A stretch of 64,000 nt of DNA from Cirrosporium novae-zelandiae (Eukaryota), in assembly GCA_026023565.1 (NCBI GenBank), contig JAPETS010000011.1:310001-374000 (forward strand), written 5' to 3'. The translations under genes and the position numbers were made by a program. The notes below the pieces were generated by a model. The model had not been told where the DNA came from. It made no database searches and saw nothing but the letters and a program-made list of their open reading frames with translations. Positions 1 through 19,108 of the stretch are shown piece after piece (position 1 is the first letter of the stretch; each line of letters begins with the position of its first letter).

Positions 1-45
1 TATGTAATCGTAAAGGTATTCCATATGTAGCAAAAAGTCGTTCCA

Positions 46-52
46 TGAGTCA
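46..52. promoter_or_regulatory. Gcn4/CpcA (cross-pathway control) element TGAGTCA upstream of ARO1
   Basis: Exact TGA(G/C)TCA about 160 bp upstream of the AROM ATG, with a partial GAGTCA at 106-111. Amino-acid biosynthetic genes are established Gcn4/CpcA targets. Confidence 0.65.
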
Positions 53-195
53 CAGACAAGACCGAAGTTCGGTGGTATGATTTAACTTCAGCCCTACAAC
101 TCTCGGAGTCATAATTTTTGAATCGTCGCCCATTTGTTAAGTGACTACCCTCACTCTAGTTTCTAGGAACGCTCAACTAATTCCTAAATATTTAA

Positions 196-5156
<4,961 letters not shown>

Positions 5157-6197
5157 ACACCTACGCTCAGCCACCAAAGTGCCAATTGAGGGAAGCTACC
5201 ACAATCCCCTACCCTTTCTTCCACCTTTCCCTTTCTTCCTTTCTTTCCTTCTTTCTTCCCAAATGTCCACCTCTACGAACTCAACGAAGGACGATAACGA
5301 CCTTATTGCACCCTAACCTAACCTAACTTCTATTCATTCATTTCCAAAAACAAGTTTTGCTTCAGAAGAAAATCCCTCTTCTTCCTCTTCTTCCTCTTCT
5401 TCTCCATCCTATTCGATTCGATTTTATTTTTGGGAAAGGAGGTGAAGGAAATAAACATCATACAAGACAATTTGTTTTTCTCGTTGGTTTTTATCTTCCT
5501 GATTTCCTCAATCTTCTTTTGGAACTTTCTAGATCTTTAGGTAGATTATGAAACAAATCGTACTGGTTGATTGATTGATTTAGTCTATTGGTTTCTTGTT
5601 TATTATTAGATGGAAACTTGGTTCGCTTCTCTTCTCTTCTTCATTTCATGGATAATAACGCATGTAATGCGCGTAACATATCATACATACTTGTAAAGTG
5701 CTTTGGGGGTGTGCCTAAGGCCAAACATAGAAACAAGAACAACACTAATTACTGTAGCAAGCAACGTACTTGATTATCTAAACTAATCCTATGCCTCGTA
5801 AAGCTCTCTCATTTTCATTACAAATTACAAACACTACAGGTATAGCTATAGATTTCACTTCCGACACACCACGCATAAATAAGTACACGTGGGTAGGGTA
5901 ATGGTATGGTATGTCTTTAACGGATCTTGAAGAAATTATACAGGATGATGAATCTCTTTCCCTCCTTCCCTCCCTCCTTCTCCCCCCTTCCCTTTCTTTA
6001 CCCAACTATCAAAAAAAAGACAAAGAAAAAAAATCGGTAAAAGAGAGAGATGGACCTTGTAAGTTTGGACCTGCTTGACACACTCCACCATACACACACT
6101 CAAATATGATGACAATGATGAAAAAAAAAAACAAGTGGGAAATGCAAACGATTGATTAATTTTCCTTTTTCCCGAACCCATGGTTATTTTCCCTTCT

Positions 6198-9103
6198 TTA
6201 TTGACACAAATATTTGCCACTTATTAACTTCCGAGCGGTTGGAACTATGATCCATTCATGTCCCGATGGTGCATTATGCGATGTGCCCTCATCTGCGAAC
6301 GGATCTGTTCCTTCCTCTTTCACGGTGCCATTGCTTCCTAGAACGCTGTGACTCACGGCAAGCCCGCTGCCTGCAATCGCGGCTTGCTCTCCACTAATCT
6401 CCCATCTTGCTTCCACGTGTCCGGGCTTAGCTTCACTTTCGGTAGAGAATCGGGCAACAAGCTTCTGTGATGTGGAGTTGTCTTTGCTCAGAGTCACATC
6501 GCCAAGCTTCCAGTATATCAATGACTTTTCCTTTGAGAAAGTGCCAACGGGTTTAGATTGACATTTCGTCGTCTTTGTGCCGTCGAGGGTGACAATAATG
6601 AGGAGATTCTTTATGAGGATGGAGGAGTTCTCCGTAGTAATGAATGAGAGGTTCGGGGTATATGCGATGATAAGAGAAATCTGGGTTGGTTCGACTTTCC
6701 AGGACGCTTTGAGAAAGACAGGGGCATAAGATGCGAGGTCTGAATCTTCGACGTGAACTTGATATTTGAATGCCACGTTAGGACGAGCAACATGAACGAG
6801 CTCAAGATCGTATTCTCCTGGTCTGTCAGGGATCTTTGAAATGAATGCAGGATTTGGTGCCACTTTTTCCAACGCTTCAAAATTCTCTAACCGGATAGAA
6901 TCATTCCCAAACGGAGCGTTGGGATCAGGGCGATTGAATGCCAAAGCAAGTTCACCAATCAAAGTAGCCTTTATGACTTCACCATTCTTGAACCAAGCAC
7001 TAGCTGTCTCGACAATGGAAGCGTTAAGGCCTGGGAAATTCATATCTGCGTGTTTTACCGCAGCACCAGTAGCACTCCCAAGGGAATGTGACGAGCGAAT
7101 AGACTGGGCATCGGATCCTGGGTGGTCTTCCGCCGCCAGAGCAGATGGTCTTCTGAAGGGCGATGGAGGTGGAGGGGAACTTTCTGTCACCGGATTTTCA
7201 GGAGGTGGCTGTGGATTCGGGATATATATAGTATTGCGCACATCTCTACGTCCTCTTAAAGTACTTGTCCTGCGAGTCGGTGCTGAAAGTTGAGCTTGCT
7301 AGAAAGACAGTTAGGTACTTATTTCTTCGTAACCTTCAGATAACTTACACGCAAAGTGTTAGCAACATTATCAAAAGCTACCTTAGCATCTCCATCGTTT
7401 TCTTCCTTAATTGGCTCATCACGAATATCAAATTTGAACAAAGGTCCTTCGTGTTCACTTGTTAAGTTAGCCTCGTATGTTCGTGTCATTTAAATGACAT
7501 TCACCAACCTTGAAGCAGCTTCTTGTTGTGCCCTTGTTATATCATCAATTGTATCCGGACGTATATTAAAGCCTTCCGTGTCCTTTGTCTATGAAATGGT
7601 CAGTAATAATATAGGACTATGCAATAAACTTTAGACTAACTGGGCTTGACGGGTTCTTTGCAGCATTAGCGCTTGGCTTGGTCTCGCTGATGCCAAAAGC
7701 ATTAGAAGCTTCGCCAGCCGCTCCAATACCATTCACAGCTTTCCGTTCAGGAGGATATTCTTCACTGGCCTTTGCTTCCTCTTGCGTATTAGAGTCTTGC
7801 GGCGTAGCCTGAACTGGAGGAAGCTCTGGCGTTGGAGCAACAGCATCTTGTTGAGGGGAAGGTTGAATGGATAGATTCTGGGTTGAAGCCGCCGGAGATG
7901 GTATCGGTTGTCTTGAACTGTCGCCTCGGCTGAAAAGGGGTCTATGATTCTTCTTGTTTGGTGATGAAGGTCTTGTTGAGAGTGCCGAGTTTTTTCTTCG
8001 TCCCATTACTGTGCCGAGACGTTTGAGACCACTAAAACCGCTATGATCTGCTTCATGTCAATAGAGTACGACCGATTTTATTAGATTGGTGTGGCCTACG
8101 AATGCTAGGACTTCCTTTGCTTGATGGACCAGACATTTCACTAACATGATCCTCGTTTGAATGGGAGTGGGAGGACATAGGAGGTGGTCGAAGACCCCCA
8201 GCTGTGCTGTGACTTGTCTTTCTTGACGACGGCGCCTTACCTCCTGATGTTTTCAGCACAAAAGTTTTTATTTCATCTTCTGTCTTCACATTCAACAACA
8301 AATTCAAACATTCCTCGTGAGCCGCACGACTTCGTCCAACTTCATCAATCTCATGGGTGAGGAACTGAGTGAGAACGTCGCGGAGATGGTTAAGCCTGGT
8401 TTCATCCAGTGCTTGCAGCTGTTCAAATACATATGGCGCCTGGGAATCCCATTCCTGAGATGCATTCTCAACGCCTGAATTTGCTGAGGCAAGCTTGCCA
8501 GTTGCTGCCCCTTTCCCCTTGAGTTTGTCTGCTTTACGTTGAGCGGTCTCCACGTCTTTCGCTATTGATGCAAGATTTCCTTGTATTGTGGACATGTTTT
8601 GCATTTCTTTATCCCTCATAGCAAATTCTCGCAATGGACGTTCGACATCTGCTTCAATTTTATTGGCAAGGTCGGCATGGGCATGGGCAATGGCTTCGGT
8701 CGAGCTGACAATTCGGTGCCATGGTAGTTGAAAGATACTGTACATGTTAACCATATTATCCTAGATAGGATGGTAATAGGAGAACAATACCCAAGCTCTA
8801 CTGCACTATCTCGGTGTTGGCGTTGCGCAAGCTTTCTCAATCCTTGAACATAAAGTTCTTCCACCCTCCTTCGTTCCTGGTTATACTCAGTTTCTGGTGT
8901 GGAAGCGGTTTGTGTTCCCTTACCTGAAGCCAGTCGGCGATATCTGCATGTGTCTTTTCGATTGTTTTGATCCTTTCCCTTAATACAGCGATGGCTTGGC
9001 CCGGTTGAAGAGCGCCCTGTCACAAAGTCAGTTGCGGAGAAAAAGGATCGCAATATTTAATACCCACCAGGAGAGCAGGATAATCTGACCGTGACAGCTC
9101 CAT
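6198..9103 (-). CDS. SYP1: Muniscin Syp1/FCHo-like endocytic adaptor (N-terminal F-BAR, C-terminal mu-homology domain), multi-exon
   Basis: ATG at 9103 gives MELSRSDYPALL|GALQPGQAIAVLRERIKTIEKTHADIADWLQ|ERRRVEELYVQGLRKLA. F-BAR segment WDSQAPYVFEQLQALDETRLNHLRDVLTQF. The last exon (ORF 6198-7241) has GLNASIVET...GELALAFN...LEKVAPNPAF...RKLISGKY. Confidence 0.9.
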
Positions 9104-9624
9104 TTTGATTCGGATCAAGCGGCGACCATTATGCGCCACTTATTCAATTATTATAAAAGTAAAAGGTTTTCAACTATAAGAAGCCCAAATTTCCGAATGT
9201 AAATGTTGTATACAAGGAGCGACAGCACAAACTATGTCATGTTAACAATTGGACGATGAACAAGCAGGTTCAAACTTTCGGGCTCAGGTTGCTCCACAGT
9301 TGGCATAGTTGGGCGTGATGGGCAAAGAATAGCACCAATAATTAGTTAAGCGAGACCCGGCCCTTACGGTTATCCATTTACCCTATAAACGCATCAAACA
9401 ATAACCGTCAGTCCTGTCTACCATTAGAATATATATCAATTAGCTTTTTAATTATGAAAATATTTCCAATAATCAATTCTAGAAGTTGAGGTTTCATATA
9501 TCAAATAATGTTGAAACCCATCCAAGATTAATTAATTCATCTATTAAGAATATGTTTATTGTTTATTATTAAACATTCCTCATTCTTTTTTCCATGTTAA
9601 ATATTCCATCTATCTCTCTTCATT

Positions 9625-11137
9625 ATGTCTTCCTCACAATCCGACATAACATTTTCGGATCGTCTTTCCAGTGTCGTTGAAATGCAAGTCCCTCTTTACA
9701 TTTTGATATAGGTGTCCTCTGTCCTGTGTTAGTCTCTGACTTTGTTTCTGTTCCTACCAGATCCTCTGCCTTCAAGTCTGCATTTCCGTCAAGCGAAGCA
9801 TCCACAGCACGAAAGCACGCCAAGTCTTCTGAAGATCATTGTTTTGACTGTGCAAAATCAAAGGTGTGCATTTATTGTACTCTAAAAGTATTACCTTTCC
9901 CTGCTCATCAAAAGCTAGGAGGAGTATCATAAGAGTATCCGGAAAATTATCGAGGACCTCTTAACAATTTCACAAGCAGCCCAATCCAAGGAATCAATCC
10001 AGAATGAAAGCAATGAAGCAAATGAAGATGACTCAAACGTGGTATCTATTGGACCATTCAAGACTGCAATATACTCCAACCATGGACTTTTTTCCACAGT
10101 GTACAAGGCTAGAGGCGATGATGGCAAAGTGGTAGCTTTAAAGGCTACTACCCCTTCAGTTATGGCTGCCCCACATCACTCTGAACGAGAGGCAAGGATA
10201 CTTGGGCAAATTACTCGAGAGCTGCACGGAAGATATATTTTGCCTCTCCTGAAGAGCTTCCGGGACGGGAGTCAGTTTGTGCTTGTCTTTCCATTCTTGC
10301 CCCACAATCTAGAACAGCTTCTCGAAGGACATACCCTTTCTTCCACACAAAGGCGATCTTACTTGAAAGATTTGTTTGAGGGATTAAAACATCTCCATAG
10401 CAAGGGTATTATACATCGTGACGTGAAACCCTCTAATATTCTTCTTGCCTCTCCGGTTGGTCCAGCATACCTTGCGGATTTTGGCATTGCATGGTCCCCA
10501 GAGGATCCTGATTCGGAACCAGTCAATGAAAAGATCACAGATGTAGGAACTACTTGCTACCGTCCCCCAGAACTACTTTTTGGGCATACTTCCTACGATT
10601 GTTCTTCAGATCTCTGGGCCGCAGGTTGTGTTGTGGCTGAAACTATTGGACTGAAGAATGAGCCACTCTTCGATTCAGGCCCATTAGGGAGTGAACTGGC
10701 TCTAATCAAATCGATTTTCACATCTCTTGGTACCCCTAATATAGAGATTTGGCCGGTAGAGAACATTATTCCTCACCTGAGTAAGAGGTAATTCTAATGT
10801 CAAAATAGGAAGCGGCAGAATTTCCAGCATGGGGGAAAATGCAATTCTACGAGTACTCAGCTAAGTCTTGGGAAGAGTTGGTCCCAGGATCAACGAAAGA
10901 TGAACGAGATCTAGTTAGCAAATTGGTACGATACCAAAGCTCGGATAGATTATCTGCTGCAGAGGTATGAACCTGGTCATTTTTCCACTTTCCCATGAAC
11001 ATTCGGAAAGCTTTCCGTAATCATGTTATTTTATTAAGGACTGCAGATTACTAACTTGACTGGATAAAAAGACCTTGGAACACCCGATCTTTCATGGGGT
11101 TGAAGCAACGGGCTCTAGAATTAATTATCTACATTAG
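9625..11137 (+). CDS. CMGC/CDK-family Ser/Thr kinase, probable monomeric CDK-activating kinase (Cak1/Csk1-like) with N-terminal helical extension
   Basis: Exons 9625-9683, 9761-9863, 9919-10755, 10809-10964, 11072-11137. Motifs VALK, IIHRDVKPSN, LADFGIAW, DVGTTCYRPPELLFG, DLWAAGCV. Degenerate Gly loop (GLFSTVYK) and no PSTAIRE, as in fungal monomeric CAKs. Confidence 0.8.
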
Positions 11138-12468
11138 TAAAGTTACCCCGGTTACCTGGAACTGCCGGGATTTCCTCGTCATTAATCAAATGAAGAAGAT
11201 AATATCTCTCTCTGTTTTCATAAGGAGGATATTTCATAGATGCATTAGTCATTTCTAGTGTCAGGTGTGGCGTGTTAAGTGTGGCATGGTAGATGGTAGG
11301 TAGATTGGACACAGAGAAATAGAGAAATGGAAATTGAAAAGCCAAGGGCTCGAGAGATTTTACTTGGGGGGTGTGTGTGGCTAGTATCACGTGAATGGCA
11401 TCCCCTCACGTGGCGGTTTCGTCTTACAAAGTAAACATGGGGGAATATGTTACCACAGGGCTGTGTAAATGGATCAATGGATGAAGCATACCACGGGATA
11501 AGGTTAGAAGACAACCTTGGTTCTGAGTGTAAATGATGAATAGCACAAGTGGCTTTCCTGTGCTGTTTTTGCTTGCTGTCCATAGAAGCAGAGTTTTCTT
11601 AATAAAATTGGGAGAAACGAATACGTGTGTGTATGTTGGTTAGAGTGAATGGTCATCGGCAGTTCTCTCACCAGTTACGGCATAACTCTGGTTAGTGGTT
11701 AGTGTGGTGGTACAAAATGAAAGAATATCTATTTATAAAAAGTTATGCAGCCAGTACAGTAAATTGGGAGCAGTTGAGAAGATGGTAATTACTGGTTGAA
11801 AATTGAGGGAAATGGAGCATTCAAGTAATCTCCGATGGGACAAGAGATGAAAAGGGTATAGGGTCAATGGTGATATTTACTCGAGTAAACGGTTACCCTT
11901 GGGGGAATTACTGGGAAATAACTCTGGGAAGCCAACGGAAACTTGTTTGTGCCTGGCGTGCCTGGATGTGCCTGACTAAACCAATATTGGTGTTAGTCTA
12001 TCCAATCATATCTGGATGGATACAAGACAATCCCCCCAGTCCAGTCTCTTTTGTCTCCATTCTCCGAAGTGGTCGTTGTTGGTGTCTCTCCAGCCTCAAT
12101 ATCACCTTGCTTTATTCTGGTTCTTCTCCTTCCTTCATTCCGCGACCTCACTGTCGTTGATTCTATCGTCGCCCTTCTCTTATCGACGATCAGGCATCGC
12201 CTTCATTTTCTCTATCGCAAATATACGCTCGTTACGCTCAATCGCTGTTATCCAAGAACCACCCTCAAGTTCCAGACATTCCTGGCTATTGTCCTAAGCG
12301 CGCATAAGGCGGAATACGACCCAAGTTGGTCAATTAATTCACTCTTGAATTATTTTCCACATAACCTCCACTTGTCTGCCGGGCCGACCCTCAAACTTTC
12401 ATCTCTGATTCAAGCCAACGACTCCATGTTTCAACCGTTATAACCATTGAGAAATCATTACAACAATT

Positions 12469-14861
12469 ATGCCTCATCTACATCATTATCATCGGCGCCA
12501 TGCCGCCATAATGGGGAACCAGGACCAAGACCAAGTACAGAGTCTTGTTGATAGTGTCTTAGATGATAACCTCCAAGTTATTGGTCACCGTGCAAACGTC
12601 GCAACAATCGTCAGCGTTGTCTACGTTACAGCATCCGCTACATTTACTGGAGCTATCGCTGGATATACGACACTCGGTGACGACGACGATGATACTACGA
12701 CAGCTACTGCAACTAAGAATTCTCACCACAAAACTCAACATACAGCAGACCGAGCTACTACTACTACCGAGACAAGTGAGGCGCAAACCACCGAAGCATC
12801 AACGACGACCGCAAAAGAAACAAAAGAAAAAACTACCACAACAGAAGCTTCTATTACCTCAAGTAGCACGAGCTCTGCGAAATCGACATCGATTTCGTCA
12901 TCGAGCTTCTCATCTACCGTAGCTTCAACGACTCTTGTCACCTCAACTTCAGCATCAATTGCTGCGTCATCAACCTCAGCCGCCGCCAGTGCTACATCTA
13001 CTTCTTCAGCGAGCTCCAGTGGAAGCTCGGGTGGCTCCAAGGCTGGTATTGCCTTTGGTGTGATTTTTGCTCTCCTTGCTGTAGCCGGACTAGTTTTCTT
13101 CGTGTACAAGAAAAAGAAACAACAGAATGAACTCATGGAGTTGGACGATGAAAAGACGCACACTGATAACAATGCGCCGCCTATGACCCAAATTACTAGA
13201 ACCGGAACTGGACTAGGACTCGAGGCTGCAACTAGAGAGGCTGCAACTAGAGAAGCTGCAACTAGAGCGGCTGGTACGGGTGCTTATGCTGGTGCTCACG
13301 CTGGTGCACATGCTGGCTCACTTGCTGATGGTTCTAACCTTGGAGCTGTAGCCACGGCAGTACCCGTCGTAAGCATAGCACGATCTGGAAGTGAAAGATC
13401 TATCAAGAGGGCATCTGTTGCACCACAGCTTCAGTTGAGACCTATTACACAATTCCAGCCCTTGCTAGCACAGGATAAGCCTTCTGGTTCTGCCCCTCAA
13501 CTATCGATCAATACTGCAACAAGCAAGGCACTTACTGACAAGCCTCTTCCTTCTTCAGCATCCTCGGATCCATTTACTGATCCAGTGGACCCATTTGGAA
13601 ATCATGCTGAAGCTCCTTCGCCTAATAAATCAACTGCACCTCCTTTAGCTAGGCTTTCGTCTATTCAACCACCAGCTTCACTTATTCCAGGGAACCCGAA
13701 CACAGGAGCTGCTGCCGATGCTGCTGCTACAGGTGTTGCTGGTGCTATGGTAGCTGGTGCTGTTGTGGCTGCGACTGCAAGTGCAGCTCCCAACCGCAAA
13801 GATGTTCCAAATGCTCCCGTTCTTCAGAATTCGGCCCAGCAAGGTCCACCAGCCGCCACATCGGAGCAACCAGCTCCAGGCCCTGCTGGATCTCAAGTCC
13901 CTGTTGCTATGGCCCCAGGTGCTGTTGGAACACCACCAAACAATGTTTATCGTGTACAACTTGATTTCAAGCCTTCTATGGACGATGAATTGGAACTGCA
14001 TGCTGGTCAAGTCGTGAGGATGTTACACGAGTACGATGATGGATGGGTAAGTTTTCGGGACGATATTTATATTAGCACCATACTAATTGAAAGTAGGCTC
14101 TCTGTATTCGTATGGATCGCTCTCAACAAGGTGTAGCACCACGAACTTGCCTTTCAACTAGCCCTGTTAAACCACGTCCTGCAAATCCCCCCCGAGGATC
14201 TCCTCCAGGCGCTCGAGGTCCACCGATTAATCCAAATGGACGTCCAATGTCACCAGCCGGCTTTCCCCCATCTCCAGCAAGCTTCCCTCGTCCCGGATCC
14301 TCAAGACCGGCCACGCCGACTAACCAGCAGCGTCCAATGTCCCCTGCCGGCCGTCCAGGTCAACCACGTCCAATGTCTCCCGCTGGCCAACGTCGTCCAA
14401 TGTCTCCTGCAGGGCAAATGCGTCCAATGTCTCCAGCTGGTCAACGTCGTCCTGGTCCTCCTCCCAATATGCGTGGCCCCCATGCCCCGCGATCCATGTC
14501 CCCTGGCCCGTACGGTGGGGGTCCACAACCACAACCGCCACGTATCCCTCGTGAGAGCCGTCGTCGCAGCAACAGCGCCAGCGCAGTTCGGGAAAGGAGA
14601 AATAGTCCACCTGGTCCGAGTCCACTAGCCAATACGCAGTTAAATCCAAACAACAAGCCAAGAGCAAGCGTGATGCCTATTGATCCGTCTCTTAACCAGG
14701 CAGCGATTGCTATGCAACCTAGGCCCCCTCCTTCAGCCCAGCTTCCCGCGACTCCATCTGGTCCGGTACCTCCAGAACCTACTCAGGCTCCCAAACATGC
14801 GCCTTCTTCCTCCCAGTCGTCTCAAATAAACCGCAAGCCCATCCCGGGCCAGGCTTTGTAA
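12469..14861 (+). CDS. Single-pass membrane protein with Ser/Thr-rich ectodomain, SH3 domain and Pro-rich tail (Fus1-like architecture)
   Basis: Exons 12469-14046 and 14097-14861. S/T-rich stalk, TM AGIAFGVIFALLAVAGLVFFVY followed by KKKK, SH3 VYRVQLDFKPSMDDELEL...HEYDDGW|ALCIRMDRSQQGVAPRTCL, then RPMSPAG repeats. Confidence 0.85.
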
Positions 14862-15417
14862 ATGCGGTAACCTCCTATAGTACGTTATACGAACAATACA
14901 CATATCCCAGCAACTGGTCTGGAGGGAGCCTGCGGAGCAGGCTAACTTTTACGATCGGATATGACACTCCAGAAATTGAAACTAGGAGCTAAGGTGCACG
15001 TCTTTCTTTTGTTTTGCATTTGTATTTCTTCGGAATTCTTTTTTCGTGATGGGATGAGTGGGGTTGGAGGATATTCTCAAGATAGCGTTTGAATGAGCTT
15101 CATTTTACGGGGATATGGAAGATGGGAGGGGATTTTATGTGACCTTTTTTACAAAGGTAGCAGGTCATGGTCTGGCTTGGAGCTATTTTGCAATTTCCAA
15201 GCCCTTTTGATCAAGACAAACCTGACGACGTGGTCGACTTATTACTTTCTCTTCTTACGATGGAATGGAATATTCAACATCCTTGGCCGAGCAAAAATAT
15301 GCCAACTACGAACATCCAGAACTACTTGTGCTTAATACTGCAACAAGTTAGATTCTAACTTTGCCTTCAAATTAAGAGATACCCCCAAGCAACAACGAAA
15401 AGTTTCCAAACACTGTT

Positions 15418-15454
<37 letters not shown>
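15418..15454. repeat. (CAA)n microsatellite, about 12 units
   Basis: Direct reading. Confidence 0.95.
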
Positions 15455-15455
<1 letters not shown>

Positions 15456-18154
15456 AGCCACTCAAAATGCTTGGTCGGGTGATGGATGATGATTCTTAAA
15501 CCACCAATCAACTTAATTCGATTCTACCTTTTATTTTGATGGATGGTGATGGTGATGGATTTTTTAGTGTGATAATGTCTTTTTAGCTTTTCTTTTTTTT
15601 TCCTGGGACATTCACGAGAGAATTGGAGGGTGGTGATGGATTGATGAAATATATCGGTGAATACCCCTGAGGAAATATTTTCGAGATGTGAGGAGAGAAG
15701 TCAGGGAAGACGGAGGAAGGAAAGAAGAAGGATGAAGGAAGGTGGATATTAAAGAACAGGATTGTTGTAAAGAAGAACCCGCTAGCGGATTTTTGTCTCT
15801 CATAACTACTAAGCTAGCTTACTCAGTTTATTTTTTTCTCTCTATCTTTTTGATACCTACCTACATCTAACCTACCTACCGACTCCCGTACCTATGTATG
15901 TATTGTATATATGTATATATGTGTACCCCTTGCCTTGCTTTGCCTTGCCCTAGTCTTACTCTTACCCTCAGGCCCTAGAGGCGGAAATCCAAATCCGAAA
16001 AAAACATGAAATAATTAAACGGTATAGATGTAGATGTAATGGATGTTTTTCCAGGTGTAGTTCCAGTTTTGTTTTCATTCCCTCACACCATTTAGGTCAC
16101 TAGACATACATTTATCATTTCATTGACGTATTCTCGAGAATAATGAATGAATGAATCATATCAACTACATGAGGCTATATATCATTCAAGTGTAAATTCA
16201 CTATCGCCTAGCTAAGTCCCATAGGTTCCATAGGTCATATAGGTAGACAAATATAAATAAAGATCTCTCACCAACTGAATTAAACCACCGGACAATAATA
16301 AAACAGCGAGTGAATGAGATGAAATGGAATGGAAATGTATATAATATATAAGTGAATGCACCTATAGAATCGTAGCCTCGTTTCTTTCTTTCTTGGTTCT
16401 TCTAGGAGAGGAAGGGAGAGAAGGGGGACGGATGGAGGGGATGTGGATTTTATATATGTACGGTGAGTGTATTATGCTTTCATCAGGGTATAAGAGCATG
16501 AAAGGGGGTGAGAGTGGAAAAGAGGATCCATCATCATCATCACCACCACTACCACTACCATCACCATCACCATAACGATGATAGATATAAAACCAGAACT
16601 AGAAAAAGGGTCATACGTGTGTCTACGCATGTATGTATAGTACATGTGGGGATGTTATGGGAAGAAGAAGGAAGAGAGTGACAAGAACAAGAACAGGGTG
16701 GTATAAACGTGGATGTAAAACTACCTAGGTAGATAGATGCTAGTTGGTGCTAATGGGTGGTACTTAAGATTGGGGTTGAGATTGAAGAAGCAAGTAGCAA
16801 GCTACACCACCGTCCATGACAGAATAGATATGAATGTAAGTAAGTAGACTGGAAAGCTGGAAAGAGAAAGATCGTATTTGGTTCGGTTCGGTTTGGTTGA
16901 TGAAGGAGTGGTGAAGGAGTTGGTGTATAAGCTCTTTGATGTTGTTGTAGTTTATATTATTTGATTGCATCACTTTTATATCAATCAACCAAGCTAACCA
17001 AGCCAACTTATCATAATTCAATTCTATATCTTTCTTTCTTTTTCCCTTGGAGTATTCACTGTTACTGTTATTATTATGATTGTTGTGATTATAGTCGTGG
17101 TTGCAAAAGAATTGAAGTTTTGATTTATTTTATATTTTTAAAAATGTTTTTTTTTTAAAATAATAATAACTTTGTCACTTCAAGCAAAGAAATAATTAAT
17201 TAACCACCAATCACTACTACTATTATTATTGCTATCACTATTACTATTATTACTATCTATCTATATATTTATTATACATAATACTAATAACAACAGCTAC
17301 TTCTCTAATAAGCCCCCATTTAACCGTCTATCATTTTCAACCACATACACGCATGGATGGGCACGGCAACACCCGCACACGCTTAGATTGCTGGATTTAC
17401 TCGAGTACTGACCGACCCGATAAGATAAGATATGATTAAGATAAATATCATTACTATTATTTCTCATTCCCATCTCCCCTAAAAGAAATCTTTAAGGTGT
17501 CCGACAGACAGGATACCATACCATGAATACTCCTTATAGATTAAGTTTTCGATTCCCCAAAAAACGCTCGCTAATTTAGTGATTTGGGTCACAACTGGGG
17601 TAAGTGTAGGTGTAGTTTTTCGGCTGGCAATGTATATTTGACAGCGGTTAGCTAGGGAAGGGAGATAAATTAGGTGGTTGGGAAAGTTTGGGAAGGGGGA
17701 GCCAACTGGGTGGATTTGTGTAAGGTGTGTAAGGTAAGACAAGATAGAGGCCGCTAGGTAAGACATTGGAGAAAAAAAAAAAAAAACGCGTTATCAATGA
17801 ATGGCATGTCTTGGTCACCGCTATATTCCACGTAATTACTGCGTAAACAATAGCTACCACTACTCTACGCGTAAACACGACCAAAAAAAGACAATTAACG
17901 TTTTTGATAAAAGATTATCATATTTGAAATTTAACTTAATTTCCATTTCCGATGCCTTGTTTATAGCAAAGTTCCCCATCAAGTCATTCATGATGATGAT
18001 TCCGAAACTCAAGCGCTCAATATTTCCGCTTGTGTCATCTTTGAAACTCCTGTTTCTCCCCTCCCGAAATCAAAAATCCCTATGATACAGAAGGGCATCA
18101 TTTGTAATTGCATAAAAGAAAAAACCACAACCCATCCCGCTCCATCCTCTTCTA

Positions 18155-18666
<512 letters not shown>

Positions 18667-19064
18667 TTTGATTGAAGTGTGAGGAGGTAAAAAGCTTGAA
18701 TGCTTTGAGAGATTTGATGTGGAATGAGTAAGAAGTAGTGGATGTGGTTGGTGGTTGAATGTGGGTGAGTGGATGCTGTTTACATATTGGAGGAGAAGAG
18801 TAGATTTATAACATGGAGCTTCAAGAGAGCATGTCGCGTTGGATCACCGTCTATACCTGTTTCGGATAGGTACGGGGGGATTAAGCGAGCTTTGTTGATC
18901 TGACGAGAGTTTCCGCCGTTTTGGCAGCAAGGGGGAGGAAGGAACCAAGCTACTGTAATCATTACCATAAGGAAAAGGATACATTCTTTCAACTTCAATC
19001 TCAAGTTCCAAGGCTGATATTCTCTAGCAATATATGTAAACTATAGTAGTCTATACCTCATGAA

Positions 19065-19104
<40 letters not shown>
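19065..19104. repeat. (ATT)n microsatellite, about 13 units, near the middle of the H4-H3 divergent promoter
   Basis: Direct reading. Confidence 0.95.

Positions 19105-19108
<4 letters not shown>

Noticed and set aside
12427..12433. Ste12 pheromone-response element TGAAACA near the Fus1-like gene
   Set aside because: A single copy about 40 bp from the ATG is expected by chance.
15400..17780. Hidden gene or ncRNA in the 2.4-kb gap between the SH3 gene and H4
   Set aside because: Low-complexity patchwork of short simple repeats, with no tRNA, snoRNA box or coding signal seen.
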